DNA from: a virus
Taxonomy: Duplodnaviria > Caudoviricetes
DNA length: 48,255 bases
Direction: 5' to 3' (one strand)
IMG/VR virus record: IMGVR_UViG_3300038675_000477
Span: 1-48,255 of that record
In this document: positions 19,708 through 29,765 of the stretch, one piece after another
How the letters are laid out: every line of letters starts with the position of its first letter
How positions within the stretch are numbered: the first letter of the stretch is position 1
Notes under the pieces: generated by a model
What the model was told of the DNA's origin: nothing
Database searches by the model: none
The model's input: the letters and a program-made list of their open reading frames with translations, nothing else
Program-made: the position numbers and the translations under genes

Positions 19708-20482
19708 AGAATTAATTAAGAAGTACGGGATAAACACTATCCTGATTGCAGGATTGATTGTCCTTGGCATTTTATATTTAAATCAGTGTAGTAAATCATC
19801 TAAATTAAAGGATGACGCTACAATAGCTGAGATGAATGCCAGAGCCCAATCTGATTCTATACGTACTTATAAAACTAAGAATGGCACATTAGTTTATGAA
19901 AAGAGCGCGCTCATTGCTTCTAAAAATGAATTGAAGGATTTAAATTCAGCTCTATATAAAGAGATAAAAGATTTAAATAATAATCCTAAGATAGTAATCA
20001 AAGAAAAAATAAAGATAGTGCACGATACTGTTAAAGTAAATACTATTATAACAGATCTTGGAAACAATAAATTTCAATTATCATGGAAGAATGATACTAC
20101 ATATAGTGCTAATAATTATCATAAACTTCATGGAAGAACTCAAGTGGTATTAGATTCTACAGGTTTAAAAGATCCTATTACATATATAGACGTTAATGAA
20201 ATAGGAATGTCATTTACAACAGGATTAAATAAAGGAAAGGATAATTATGAGATTTTTATAAAATCTGATTATCCAGGATTTACTGCAACATCTATAGAAG
20301 GAGCAATAATTGATAAAAAAATGATAACTAGTAATGAGAGCTCATTTGTCATTGGACCTAGCATAGGATATGGATTAGTCTTTACGAATGGTGTTATTAA
20401 TTATGGTCCTACTGTCGGAATCACTATTACTTATAATTTAAACAAAACAATTAAAAAAATATTCAGACCCTTCGGGTTATAA
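19697..20482 (+). CDS. Membrane-anchored protein with coiled coil and C-terminal amphipathic beta-hairpin (spanin-like candidate)
   Basis: N-terminal TM ending LYLNQC, a DSIRTYKTKNG segment, and C-terminal FVIGPSIGYG..YGPTVGITITYNL. Confidence 0.55.
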   Translation: MKIKELIKKYGINTILIAGLIVLGILYLNQCSKSSKLKDDATIAEMNARAQSDSIRTYKTKNGTLVYEKSALIASKNELKDLNSALYKEIKDLNNNPKIVIKEKIKIVHDTVKVNTIITDLGNNKFQLSWKNDTTYSANNYHKLHGRTQVVLDSTGLKDPITYIDVNEIGMSFTTGLNKGKDNYEIFIKSDYPGFTATSIEGAIIDKKMITSNESSFVIGPSIGYGLVFTNGVINYGPTVGITITYNLNKTIKKIFRPFGL

Positions 20483-20485
20483 AAA

Positions 20486-22474
20486 ATGGCAACACAAAGC
20501 AGATTCATAAGTCTAACTTCTTATTGTTTAGTGGAGTATATAGCACAACCGTTAGGATCAAGCGATTACTTAACTGATGACGTTATTTTACTCAAAAATA
20601 ACAAATTAGGAATATTTCAAATTTTTAATAAAGATGCATCATATAGCACTACTAAAAATATTCAAGATGTATCTGCAGTCAACATTGGATTAAATCAAGC
20701 AATCTATTTAGATTCTGAAAAAGAGCCTAATTATATTGAGTATGATAATGATTTAGAACAATCTGAATTAACTGGATATAATGTTGTATATGACAGAGTA
20801 AGATTTCATTTAATTACAGGATTTGCAATCGAGGGCTTTGAGGCATTAATTTTAAGCATAATAAATAAACAAAATAATGGAGAAAAAAATGTTTTTGCAA
20901 ATATTTTGTTATCTCCTGAAACTATTTCTGATCTCATAACATTCAATCCTAAACCTATATTCTTATCTGATAGTACGTATGATAAATATGTAGAAATAAA
21001 AATTCCTTCTATCAAGAATATAAACAATGATTATGAAACTGCTCCTGTTCAAGCTAATACATTTGCTGCTGCGATAACTCCTAGAGAAAATGGAGGATAT
21101 ATAGGATTCATTACAAATAGTCCAATTTCAATAGTATTATCAGTCTGTTCTAAGAGAACAAAACTATTTACTGATGTAGGGGTAAAATATGATTCTTTCG
21201 AAATATCTAATACGTATGAAGGAACAGTTTCTCAGACCAATGAATTTGACGACGTTGGCGCATATATAGGAGAATCAACTAACGGTGATTTTATAGAATA
21301 TTATCTTACATATAATTCAGGATTTCCTGAAGAATTAATATCTATTTTGAATAGAAGAAATCCATCAGATGATTGGATTATCATACATCAATTAAGTATA
21401 TTCGAACAAGTAGGATCTGCATTCATAAATACTTCTAAACAGGTAATATTTCAAGAAGAAGATTGGGATGAACCTCTAGTGTTTAGACCAGTTCTCAAGA
21501 ATGCTGGAAGCGCTATAAGTATGTCTATAGATTTATTATCACGATTAACAAATAAAAGAAATGGTGAACAAATAATTAGAGAAGCATCATTTACTATGTT
21601 ATCACCTAAGAAATATGGAAGAAGCTTAACTACTATTCCTCTTTCTGATGAACCTCAATCTCAAAAGATATACAATAAGATAATAAAGAAAAATTACGAG
21701 GCTACTAAATTATTTATAGAACCAGAATTTAATGATTCTGATTCATCTAGCTCTAGTAGTTCTCAAATAGTTAAACAGGTTGAATATTTTCCAGTGTTCA
21801 CAAATAATAACAACATATCTGTGTCTAATAATAGTGGATTAACTAAATTAAATGATAAGGCAGACGAGATAATATTCGGACCAGGACAACTCAGATTTGT
21901 TTTATCTCCATTCGATAACGTTATAAAATTAAAGATATACAATGTGGTAAATAATAAAGCTATTCCACTTGATTTAAATTTAAACAATGCTAACTATAAA
22001 TTAATATTTGAAACAGATTCTGGAAAGATTCCTATTTCTAATATAAATAGTGATAAACTAGAAAATCTATCAGAAGGAATTGTAATTTTTAATGTAGAAA
22101 AAACAAAAAGTGAAGAAGTATATAAATCTACAAAAAGATCAGTTCACGTTACTTCAACTTCTCAAGATGGAAAAGAAACTTTAATATATTCAGGTGAATG
22201 GAGAAAAAGCACTGAGCAGGCTGACGTAGATAGTGCAATATCAAAAGCCAAAGAAATGACATCAGAAATTGAAGCAAGAGAAGCAAAGATAAGTGAATTA
22301 GAAGCAAAGGTTGCTAAATTACAGGAAACTGAAAATAGTACTAAAGTTTCGTCTAGTAAAAATGCTATTGTTAAAAATACAGGAAGTGCTCCTGTTGTTA
22401 ACAGAGTGGGCATGGCTAGTCCAAAAAAGGTAAAAACTAACACATCAAATGCTGGAAAATCACAATCTAAATAA
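20486..22474 (+). CDS. Hypothetical (probably structural) protein
   Basis: 662-aa ORF in a late-type operon with a C-terminal coiled coil. Confidence 0.65.
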   Translation: MATQSRFISLTSYCLVEYIAQPLGSSDYLTDDVILLKNNKLGIFQIFNKDASYSTTKNIQDVSAVNIGLNQAIYLDSEKEPNYIEYDNDLEQSELTGYNVVYDRVRFHLITGFAIEGFEALILSIINKQNNGEKNVFANILLSPETISDLITFNPKPIFLSDSTYDKYVEIKIPSIKNINNDYETAPVQANTFAAAITPRENGGYIGFITNSPISIVLSVCSKRTKLFTDVGVKYDSFEISNTYEGTVSQTNEFDDVGAYIGESTNGDFIEYYLTYNSGFPEELISILNRRNPSDDWIIIHQLSIFEQVGSAFINTSKQVIFQEEDWDEPLVFRPVLKNAGSAISMSIDLLSRLTNKRNGEQIIREASFTMLSPKKYGRSLTTIPLSDEPQSQKIYNKIIKKNYEATKLFIEPEFNDSDSSSSSSSQIVKQVEYFPVFTNNNNISVSNNSGLTKLNDKADEIIFGPGQLRFVLSPFDNVIKLKIYNVVNNKAIPLDLNLNNANYKLIFETDSGKIPISNINSDKLENLSEGIVIFNVEKTKSEEVYKSTKRSVHVTSTSQDGKETLIYSGEWRKSTEQADVDSAISKAKEMTSEIEAREAKISELEAKVAKLQETENSTKVSSSKNAIVKNTGSAPVVNRVGMASPKKVKTNTSNAGKSQSK

Positions 22475-22534
22475 AATTGATTAAAATATATTCTATTTAG
22501 ATAGATAAATAAAATAAAACAATTCATACGTAAA

Positions 22535-24745
22535 ATGAAGAATTTAATTAACAGAGCTCTAAATGAATTATCAACCGATCAAGAACTTAAATCTAATCCG
22601 TTGGTTAAGATATTAACTGAGTCTATGAACAAATCAATAGTTGCTAATGCCAGTACTGAAATAATGTACAGCCAACTTAAAGAAGGGTTGACAAGTATTA
22701 ATGCACATCTTAAAAATAAAAAGATAGACAATATATTAGATCAATTTAAAAAAGGTGAAATATCTGTAGATTCAGAAATAATTAAAAAAAGCAAGCTTGC
22801 TAATCTAAGTGGAATATTAGAAGGAATCAAATCCTCTAACGCTTGTACTAATCCTATTATTAAACAATATGTTGATTCTATAGAAGAAAGCATGAAATCT
22901 ATTCCAGAATTTATGCTATATCCTAGCTTCATCAGAGAATTTTCTAAATTTTCTCATGAAAAGAGCATCAAAGAAGCAGTTGACCATGTTTCTAATGTGA
23001 TGAATAAAAATGCTAGCGATTTTGAAGTATTATATACGATCACATCTATGTCTAATATGAATTCACAAATTTATGAAAATGTGGTTAGTGAATTAAAAGA
23101 AATGTTAGCAAAAGGAGAATATACTTCTGATATTATCAATATCAAATTAGGTAAATCAGGTTTACCCGCAATATCTAACTTAGTTAATACTTTAAAGATT
23201 GTTGAATCTAAACAATCTGATTCATTTACTTTAGGTATAGGAAATGGTGATACTAAAGTGAGTAATCAATTAGCTCCATCAACTAAATCTAAAGACGGCT
23301 CTTTAATGATGTATGCTGATAACAGATTTATCAGAGTATCTGAATCTAAAAAGAGAATTAAATACGAAACTGAAGTTCATATAGAAGCTGACAATTTTAG
23401 AATTTCTACATTAGATCCTAACTATGTAAAAGAGAATTACAGTAAATTCTATTCAGTATGTGAAGCATACGCAAGATTAGGATTTGCTAAATCTGAATTA
23501 AACGAAGGAGTAGAATCTAAAGCAATTAGAAACTTTAAAATTGGAATGTATTTAAACGAAACTAGCGATTTAGATTTATATTTAAATGATTCTAAAATTG
23601 AAGATATTTCTAAATTAAATCTTTCTGAAGCATTAGTAATGGAAACTTCTGATGTTAGATCCAAAGTAGAAAAACTTTTAGAAAACTTAGGAGCAATATA
23701 CAATCTTGATTTTATTAAAAATATATCTAACGACAGAATGCTAGCAGAAGCTACTGTTTATAAATTAAAAGATACTTATATTGTATGTGAAAGATTAAAT
23801 GCTGCTGAAAGAGATTGGAAAAAAATGGATGAGCATCAGATGTATGAATTCTTTATGAAAAAATTCCAATATGATATAAGTCCTATTTTCAAAACAAAAA
23901 TAGATGAATCAATTGAGGCTAAAAAACAAATTGAAGTAAGAAAACAGGAGATAACTGATAATATTGCTAAATTAGAAGGTTCTATTAAAAAAATAGATGA
24001 GGCTCTAGAATCTAATACAGTTAGAAAAGACGCTATAGATAAATTAGAAGAAATTAAAGAATCTATACAAAAGAGTATCTCAGACCTTAAAGAAGAGTAC
24101 ATCAGCATCGATCTTATGAAAAAGGGAGAAGTTAACGAAAAGAAATGGATTCAAGATGCTATTAAGAGACCTGGAGCTACACATAAAATGTTAGGTAAAA
24201 AAGAAGGAGAAAAAATAACTAAAGCTGAACTAAATAAAAAGTTAAAATCTCTAGATAAAGATAAAAAGAAACCAGGAACTCAAGCAAAGGGAAAGGCCGA
24301 TCAGAGAAAAGTTAAGCAACTTAATTTAGCTAAGACGCTTAAAAGTATGAATGAACATTCAGCTAATGATAGATGGTCAGAAAATATACCAAATGAAGTT
24401 AAAGTAGACGGAAGAGAAGCAAGTGCTACTGGTATTAATCAAAAAACTGCTTATCAGACTGCTCTTAATACCATGAAGTTAGATGCAAAAAGAGAGTTAA
24501 TTGCTAAATATCAAATAGATCCTAATAAATATGATATCGTTGTTACAAATTTTGATTTTTCAAAAAAGGAAATAAAAAATCCAGAAACAATGGATCAACC
24601 TTATTCTGCTAATTTAGCTGCTAACTTAACAATTTCAATTACTCCTAAAGTTGCAAACGGTCCTATTAAAAAGGACTTTGAGCCTAGCTTTACTTTTAGA
24701 GCAGCTGGAGCTAAACCTATAGAAGATGACGATATAAATGCTTAA
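22535..24745 (+). CDS. Probable prohead core/scaffold-like protein
   Basis: Helical and coiled-coil, with many (I/L/V)-x-E sites (LTES, IEES, IVES, LNEG, LSEA, IDES, VNEK). Preceded by GATAAATAAAAT. Confidence 0.5.
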   Translation: MKNLINRALNELSTDQELKSNPLVKILTESMNKSIVANASTEIMYSQLKEGLTSINAHLKNKKIDNILDQFKKGEISVDSEIIKKSKLANLSGILEGIKSSNACTNPIIKQYVDSIEESMKSIPEFMLYPSFIREFSKFSHEKSIKEAVDHVSNVMNKNASDFEVLYTITSMSNMNSQIYENVVSELKEMLAKGEYTSDIINIKLGKSGLPAISNLVNTLKIVESKQSDSFTLGIGNGDTKVSNQLAPSTKSKDGSLMMYADNRFIRVSESKKRIKYETEVHIEADNFRISTLDPNYVKENYSKFYSVCEAYARLGFAKSELNEGVESKAIRNFKIGMYLNETSDLDLYLNDSKIEDISKLNLSEALVMETSDVRSKVEKLLENLGAIYNLDFIKNISNDRMLAEATVYKLKDTYIVCERLNAAERDWKKMDEHQMYEFFMKKFQYDISPIFKTKIDESIEAKKQIEVRKQEITDNIAKLEGSIKKIDEALESNTVRKDAIDKLEEIKESIQKSISDLKEEYISIDLMKKGEVNEKKWIQDAIKRPGATHKMLGKKEGEKITKAELNKKLKSLDKDKKKPGTQAKGKADQRKVKQLNLAKTLKSMNEHSANDRWSENIPNEVKVDGREASATGINQKTAYQTALNTMKLDAKRELIAKYQIDPNKYDIVVTNFDFSKKEIKNPETMDQPYSANLAANLTISITPKVANGPIKKDFEPSFTFRAAGAKPIEDDDINA

Positions 24746-24757
24746 TTTATTTAATAT

Positions 24758-24797
24758 CAAAAAAAAACACTTAGAATATTCTAAGTGTTTTTTTTTG
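24758..24797. terminator. Bidirectional terminator (perfect 40-bp palindrome)
   Basis: C-A9-CACTTAGAATATTCTAAGTG-T9-G between convergent genes. Confidence 0.9.
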
Positions 24798-24925
24798 TTT
24801 TAACTATTTCTTCCTATATGGACATTCAAAGCAGCCAAATTCATTTCTATCCCAAAATTCACATGTAGTGTGATCTTTTCCGCATGGTTGAATTGCGTAT
24901 GTATAATTACTTTTTTCATAGTATA

Positions 24926-25336
24926 TTAAATTGAATCCAATTTTGCTATATATTTATATGCTAAGCCGTCATTATATATTACTCCAACTGCTATCGTATC
25001 ACTATTTAAGAATTGTATTATAACTTTACATTCATTATTATTAGAGTCAGTACCGTTATACCAAACTTCCTCAATTCCATTTTTTACTTGTATCTTATAG
25101 ATATCAATTACTTTATACTTAAGTTTAATGTTAGTTTTGTAGATAGTAAAAGTTTCTTCACCTTTTTTAGTATCTATTACGATTTTAGAATCATCATTTT
25201 TCCAGATGATAGGATCAGTTGCATTAATATTAAATTCTGCTAACTTAAACGATGTTGATTTAACTATCGTTGATTCTTGTCCTACTGCAGTTATTGTTGC
25301 TATTAATAATGCTGCAATTAATAATAATTTTTTCAT
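24926..25336 (-). CDS. Secreted/periplasmic hypothetical protein
   Basis: Signal peptide MKKLLLIAALLIATITAVG-Q, with a Gln after the cleavage site as is common in Bacteroidota. Confidence 0.75.
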   Translation of the reverse strand: MKKLLLIAALLIATITAVGQESTIVKSTSFKLAEFNINATDPIIWKNDDSKIVIDTKKGEETFTIYKTNIKLKYKVIDIYKIQVKNGIEEVWYNGTDSNNNECKVIIQFLNSDTIAVGVIYNDGLAYKYIAKLDSI

Positions 25337-25550
25337 GGCGTTTAATGTTTGGTTTATAGTATAAATATACTCTAACTTGTTTAGATTTAAAAACTTGAGA
25401 ATATGTTACTTGACATATTTTTAAATTATCAAAAACTTTAGTATTATTTGTAAATTAGATCGTGTTCCTGATACAATTTTAGTGTCAAACGGACCAGATC
25501 CTAAAAACATTACAGAGTATAAGATATAAGAAAAAAAAATAAATCAAATA

Positions 25551-26129
25551 ATGAAGTTATTAATAATTGAAGGGCCTGACCGCTGTGGAAAAAATACGCT
25601 GATTCAGAAATTCTTAGAACAAGCTGAAAATTCGGTGGTTAGACATTGGGGATCTGCCAAAGGAGAAACTGATGCTGATAAAAAGATACATCAATATAAA
25701 TTCTTTGAAAAAGAGTTCCGACTAGCTTTATTAAGAGATCAATTTGCGATGCCTGATAAGGTGAGATATCCTAAAGATATATGGATATGGAACAGAGCCC
25801 ATCTTGGAGAATTTGTTTATGGAACATTGTACAGAAATACTCAGCCTAGGGATTGGGTATTTCCAATGGAAAAAAGATTTGGATTTGACACTGATCCATC
25901 TATATATCTTGTTCTATTAACAGCTCCACCTAATTTTTTATGTAAAAGAGATGATGGCGAATCTTTTTCTGCAAAAGAAATTAATAAAATTACTGAATTA
26001 CGTAGATTTGATGCGGCATTTGAAGAGAGCGGAATAGTTAATAAGCTACGATTGGATGTGACAAAAGATGGCGAATATAAATCTAAAGATGAAATATTCG
26101 ATGCTGTAAATAAATTTGTATTCGGATGA
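25551..26129 (+). CDS. Thymidylate/dNMP kinase-like P-loop protein
   Basis: LIIEGPDRCGKNT P-loop and WNRAHLGEFVYG (equivalent to the DR motif). Confidence 0.8.
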   Translation: MKLLIIEGPDRCGKNTLIQKFLEQAENSVVRHWGSAKGETDADKKIHQYKFFEKEFRLALLRDQFAMPDKVRYPKDIWIWNRAHLGEFVYGTLYRNTQPRDWVFPMEKRFGFDTDPSIYLVLLTAPPNFLCKRDDGESFSAKEINKITELRRFDAAFEESGIVNKLRLDVTKDGEYKSKDEIFDAVNKFVFG

Positions 26130-26410
26130 AAACACCAATATCATTTTATGATTATAACGAAAAATTAATCATCATAGATTTATCTAAAGTTATAGCTATA
26201 TATGCTAATAATGATGATAATAATTTTAAAATATCAGTATATTACGATCATAATTCAGATTCTTACTCATTTAAAACAATGAAAGAAAAGATTGCGGTCA
26301 TAGAAAAAATAATGGAAATATTGAATCCAATATGTATAACTTATGACGATAAGAGATATGTAGCTGAGGCAAAAAGTTATCGTCCTATCTCAGAGGACGA
26401 TAACAATTAA
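26126..26410 (+). CDS. Hypothetical protein
   Basis: ATGA overlap with the kinase gene. Confidence 0.6.
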   Translation: MKTPISFYDYNEKLIIIDLSKVIAIYANNDDNNFKISVYYDHNSDSYSFKTMKEKIAVIEKIMEILNPICITYDDKRYVAEAKSYRPISEDDNN

Positions 26411-26449
26411 CTAGATGAGAAGATTAGAATTAAAAGAAATAGAAGAATA

Positions 26450-27448
26450 ATGAAGAAAATAGCAATAACATCAATTTTTGCAAATGTAACTTATAATGAC
26501 ACTAATCATAGAGGTCTAGAAGCAATGTTTATAAAAGAACTAATGGAAACCAAAGGAGCTGAGGTTGACATAGTCTGTTATAAAAATAGAAATGTAAAAG
26601 ATTTAGATTTCTATCGTGACTACACTGAAACTGATTTTTCAGAATATGGAGCAGTGATTATTCAATTAAGTACTCCTAATTTCTTTGGTGGTCAGATTGG
26701 AGAACATACTGAAAAAATTTGTAATGATCTGGCTAAATATGCAGGAAAAGTATATTTTATGTTAAGTGATCCTAGGATTCCGCCTATGAACTATGCTAAG
26801 ATCTTATCAGAAAGATTTGATAAGTGCACAGATTCAATCGAAGCATGGGATAAAATTATAGAAACTGCTACATATTTATTTGCAGGTAAGAGTGTAGAAC
26901 AATTTATAGGATGGCAACCAAAAAATTGGCAACATGTAGATTGGTTTATTTATATCTTTAAAAAACTATATGAAAAAAGAGGTATAGCTGATCCTGACGC
27001 TAATTTTGAAAAAACACACGATCTTGTTTATTATGGTGATCGACGTGGAACATTCAGAGAACAACAATTAAGAAAATATTTTCCTAAGGATACCAAGAAC
27101 TTATTGATAGGTTACAAAAGTGATAAAGTTCCAGGCGAATTCATTAAAAAGTTAAAACATGATGAGTTAATGGAGCAATTAAATCATGTAAAAGTTTCAT
27201 TAGTGACAGGAGATGAAGAACATATGAATAATGTAGTAACATTCCGTTTCTATGAAACTTTAGCTTCAAATTGTTTAGCTGCTATTCAAATAGAATATGA
27301 TCCTGAGAAAAAATTGATACAAGATCCTGAGTTGAGAGATCTTTTATATGTATCATCTCAAGAAGATGTGAAGCGTCTAATAGATGCATATTCACCTGAA
27401 TTGGTTAAAAAACAGCAAGCAGAATTGAAAAGATTATTTAATGTTTAG
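26450..27448 (+). CDS. bgt: DNA beta-glucosyltransferase-like (T4 BGT family, GT-B fold)
   Basis: Motifs are colinear with T4 BGT as I recall it: STPNFFGG (SSINFFGG), AKYAGKVYFMLSDPRIP (AKYKSKIYYLFTDIRLP, catalytic Asp), DLVYYGDRRGTFRE and NNVVTFRFYETLAS..IEYDPEKKLI. Confidence 0.85.
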   Translation: MKKIAITSIFANVTYNDTNHRGLEAMFIKELMETKGAEVDIVCYKNRNVKDLDFYRDYTETDFSEYGAVIIQLSTPNFFGGQIGEHTEKICNDLAKYAGKVYFMLSDPRIPPMNYAKILSERFDKCTDSIEAWDKIIETATYLFAGKSVEQFIGWQPKNWQHVDWFIYIFKKLYEKRGIADPDANFEKTHDLVYYGDRRGTFREQQLRKYFPKDTKNLLIGYKSDKVPGEFIKKLKHDELMEQLNHVKVSLVTGDEEHMNNVVTFRFYETLASNCLAAIQIEYDPEKKLIQDPELRDLLYVSSQEDVKRLIDAYSPELVKKQQAELKRLFNV

Positions 27449-27484
27449 TATAATTACGATTAATAACTTTAAAATTTTATAAAA

Positions 27485-28096
27485 ATGTTAGAAACTATCA
27501 ACAATTCCGGGATATTTATGCAAATTGCCTGGTACACAGCATTAATAACAACATTTATTTTTCTCATTCAAGCAGGAATGACATTTTTTGGCGGTGATCT
27601 CGATCATGGCGCTGATATTAATACAATAGATACTGATGTAAGTTCAGATGTTGACGTTCATGCTGATGATATAGATAATGCTCAGAATGACACTGGATTT
27701 ACTATTCAATGGTTTACTTTTCGAAATTTAATAACTCTTTTAATGTTTTTTGCATGGGGTACCATTGCCGGAAATGATTATAACCTATCTCAAACTGCAT
27801 CTGTTCTATTAGGATTAGGATTAGGATTATTGATGGTATTTATAACTACTTTGTTATATGCATTCATGAAAAGACTTCAAACTAATAACATACCTAATTT
27901 AAAATCAATTGTAGGAAAAACTGCAACTGTATATCTTAGAATACCAAAGGGTGGAGCTGGAAAAATCACAGTTACTGCTAATGGTTCATTGCAAACAATC
28001 AGTGCAATAACAGAAGGTGATAGTCTCAAAACTGGAGAAACTGTCACAGTTGTCAGATTGCTAGACGAAAGTACTGCGGTTGTATCAAAATTATAA
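27485..28096 (+). CDS. NfeD-like membrane protein (YuaF/NfeD2 type)
   Basis: Three TM segments and a C-terminal OB fold VGKTATVYLRIP..GKITV..GETVTVV. It precedes the flotillin gene. Confidence 0.85.
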   Translation: MLETINNSGIFMQIAWYTALITTFIFLIQAGMTFFGGDLDHGADINTIDTDVSSDVDVHADDIDNAQNDTGFTIQWFTFRNLITLLMFFAWGTIAGNDYNLSQTASVLLGLGLGLLMVFITTLLYAFMKRLQTNNIPNLKSIVGKTATVYLRIPKGGAGKITVTANGSLQTISAITEGDSLKTGETVTVVRLLDESTAVVSKL

Positions 28097-28140
28097 TTTT
28101 TTTTACTATTATTAATAAAAACCATTTAAATTTTTAAATT

Positions 28141-29661
28141 ATGGATTTAAACTATGCAATTTTGGCGATAATTGGATTAGGTATTATCGCACTGTTTGTA
28201 ATCATTGTCTCACTGATCAAGCGATATAAACGATGTCCTTCTGATCAACTTTTAGTTGTTTACGGTAAAACTGGTAAAAACAAAGAGGGTGAAATCTCAA
28301 CTGCTAAAGTAACTCACGGTGGTGGAGCATTTATCTGGCCTATTATCCAAGATTATACATTCATGGATCTCAAGCCAATACCTATCGAAATCAATTTGAC
28401 TAAAGCTTTATCTAAACAAAACATTCGTATTGATGTTCCATCTTCTGTAACTGTTGCCATTTCAACTGAAAAAGCAGTTATGCAGAATGCAGCTGAACGT
28501 CTATTAGGTTTAATGCCTCAGGCTATAGCAAAAATGGCTGAAGACATTATTTTCGGTCAAATGAGGTTGGTTATCGCAACGATGAACATTGAGGAAATCA
28601 ATTCAGACCGTGATACTTTCCTTGAAAAGATTCAAGAATCGCTTGAGCCTGAGCTTTCAAAAATCGGTCTTAAACTCATTAACGTTAACGTTATTGATAT
28701 TAGAGATGAATCCGGATATATTCAAGCTCTTGGTAGAAAGGCTGCTGCTGAAGCAACTCAACAAGCTGCTATCGATGTTGCTGAAAAAGAAAAAGAAGGA
28801 GCAATTGGAGTAGCTGAAGCTGATAAAGCAAAAAGAACTCAGGTTGCAAAAGCGACTGCTGAAGCTGAAATTGGAGAAGCTAATGCTGAACAAGAAAAAC
28901 GTACTGCAACTGCCTCTGCAAATGCTAAAGCTGTTGAAGGTGAAAATAAAGCAGCTGTTGAAATTGCCAAAACTACATCTTCAAGACAGGTAGCTGAAGC
29001 TGAAGCTGAAAAAGTTGCAACTGCTGCTAAAAACGTAGCTGTTGCAGAAGCAAATACTGAATCATACAACGCTCAGGAAAAAGCTGAAAAAGCTCGTGCA
29101 GATAGAGATACTGCTACACAATATGCAAATGTGGTAGTACCTGCTCAAATTGCTAAACAAAAAGTTGTTGTTGATGCTGAAGCTGAAGCTGAAAGAATCA
29201 AAAAATTAGCAGAAGGTGAAGCTGCGGGTCAATTCGCAAAAATGCAAGCTGAAGCAAAAGGTATCTATGAAATTCTTACTAAAACTGCTGAAGGTTATGA
29301 TAAGATCGTTAAAGCTGCCGGATCACCTCAAGGTGCTGTACAAATGATTTTAGCTGACAAGCTTGAAACAATCATTGCTAAACAAGTTGAAGCAATCAAA
29401 GGTGTTAAAATCGATAATATCACAGTTTGGGACTCAGGTTCTGGTAACGGTGGTAACGGTTCTACAGCTGATTTCCTTCAAAGTTTCTTGAAATTTGCTC
29501 CTCCAATGGAACAAGCTTTCGGAATGGTTGGAGCTGAGTTTCCTAAATTCTTACAAGGAGCAAAAACTCAAGCTGAAGCTGAATTAGCAACAAAGGTTCC
29601 ACCTGTTAAATCTAAAAAAGATAAACCGGAAACACCTGAAAGCACTGAAGAAGTAAAATAG
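28141..29661 (+). CDS. Flotillin / SPFH-domain protein
   Basis: RYKRCPSDQLLVVYGK, GGGAFIWPIIQDY, AAERLLGL, A/E-rich coiled coil and KIDNITVWD. Confidence 0.93.
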   Translation: MDLNYAILAIIGLGIIALFVIIVSLIKRYKRCPSDQLLVVYGKTGKNKEGEISTAKVTHGGGAFIWPIIQDYTFMDLKPIPIEINLTKALSKQNIRIDVPSSVTVAISTEKAVMQNAAERLLGLMPQAIAKMAEDIIFGQMRLVIATMNIEEINSDRDTFLEKIQESLEPELSKIGLKLINVNVIDIRDESGYIQALGRKAAAEATQQAAIDVAEKEKEGAIGVAEADKAKRTQVAKATAEAEIGEANAEQEKRTATASANAKAVEGENKAAVEIAKTTSSRQVAEAEAEKVATAAKNVAVAEANTESYNAQEKAEKARADRDTATQYANVVVPAQIAKQKVVVDAEAEAERIKKLAEGEAAGQFAKMQAEAKGIYEILTKTAEGYDKIVKAAGSPQGAVQMILADKLETIIAKQVEAIKGVKIDNITVWDSGSGNGGNGSTADFLQSFLKFAPPMEQAFGMVGAEFPKFLQGAKTQAEAELATKVPPVKSKKDKPETPESTEEVK

Positions 29662-29688
29662 GTTGTTAAAGAGAAATCTATATTATAG

Positions 29689-29717
29689 AAACCCTGGTAT
29701 TATGCCAGGGTTTTTTT
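29689..29717 (+). terminator. Rho-independent terminator
   Basis: AAACCCTGGTA-TTA-TGCCAGGG followed by T7. Confidence 0.88.
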
Positions 29718-29765
29718 ATTTTAATATGGTAGCATCGAATAAATAATAAAAAAAGTTTGCACTTT

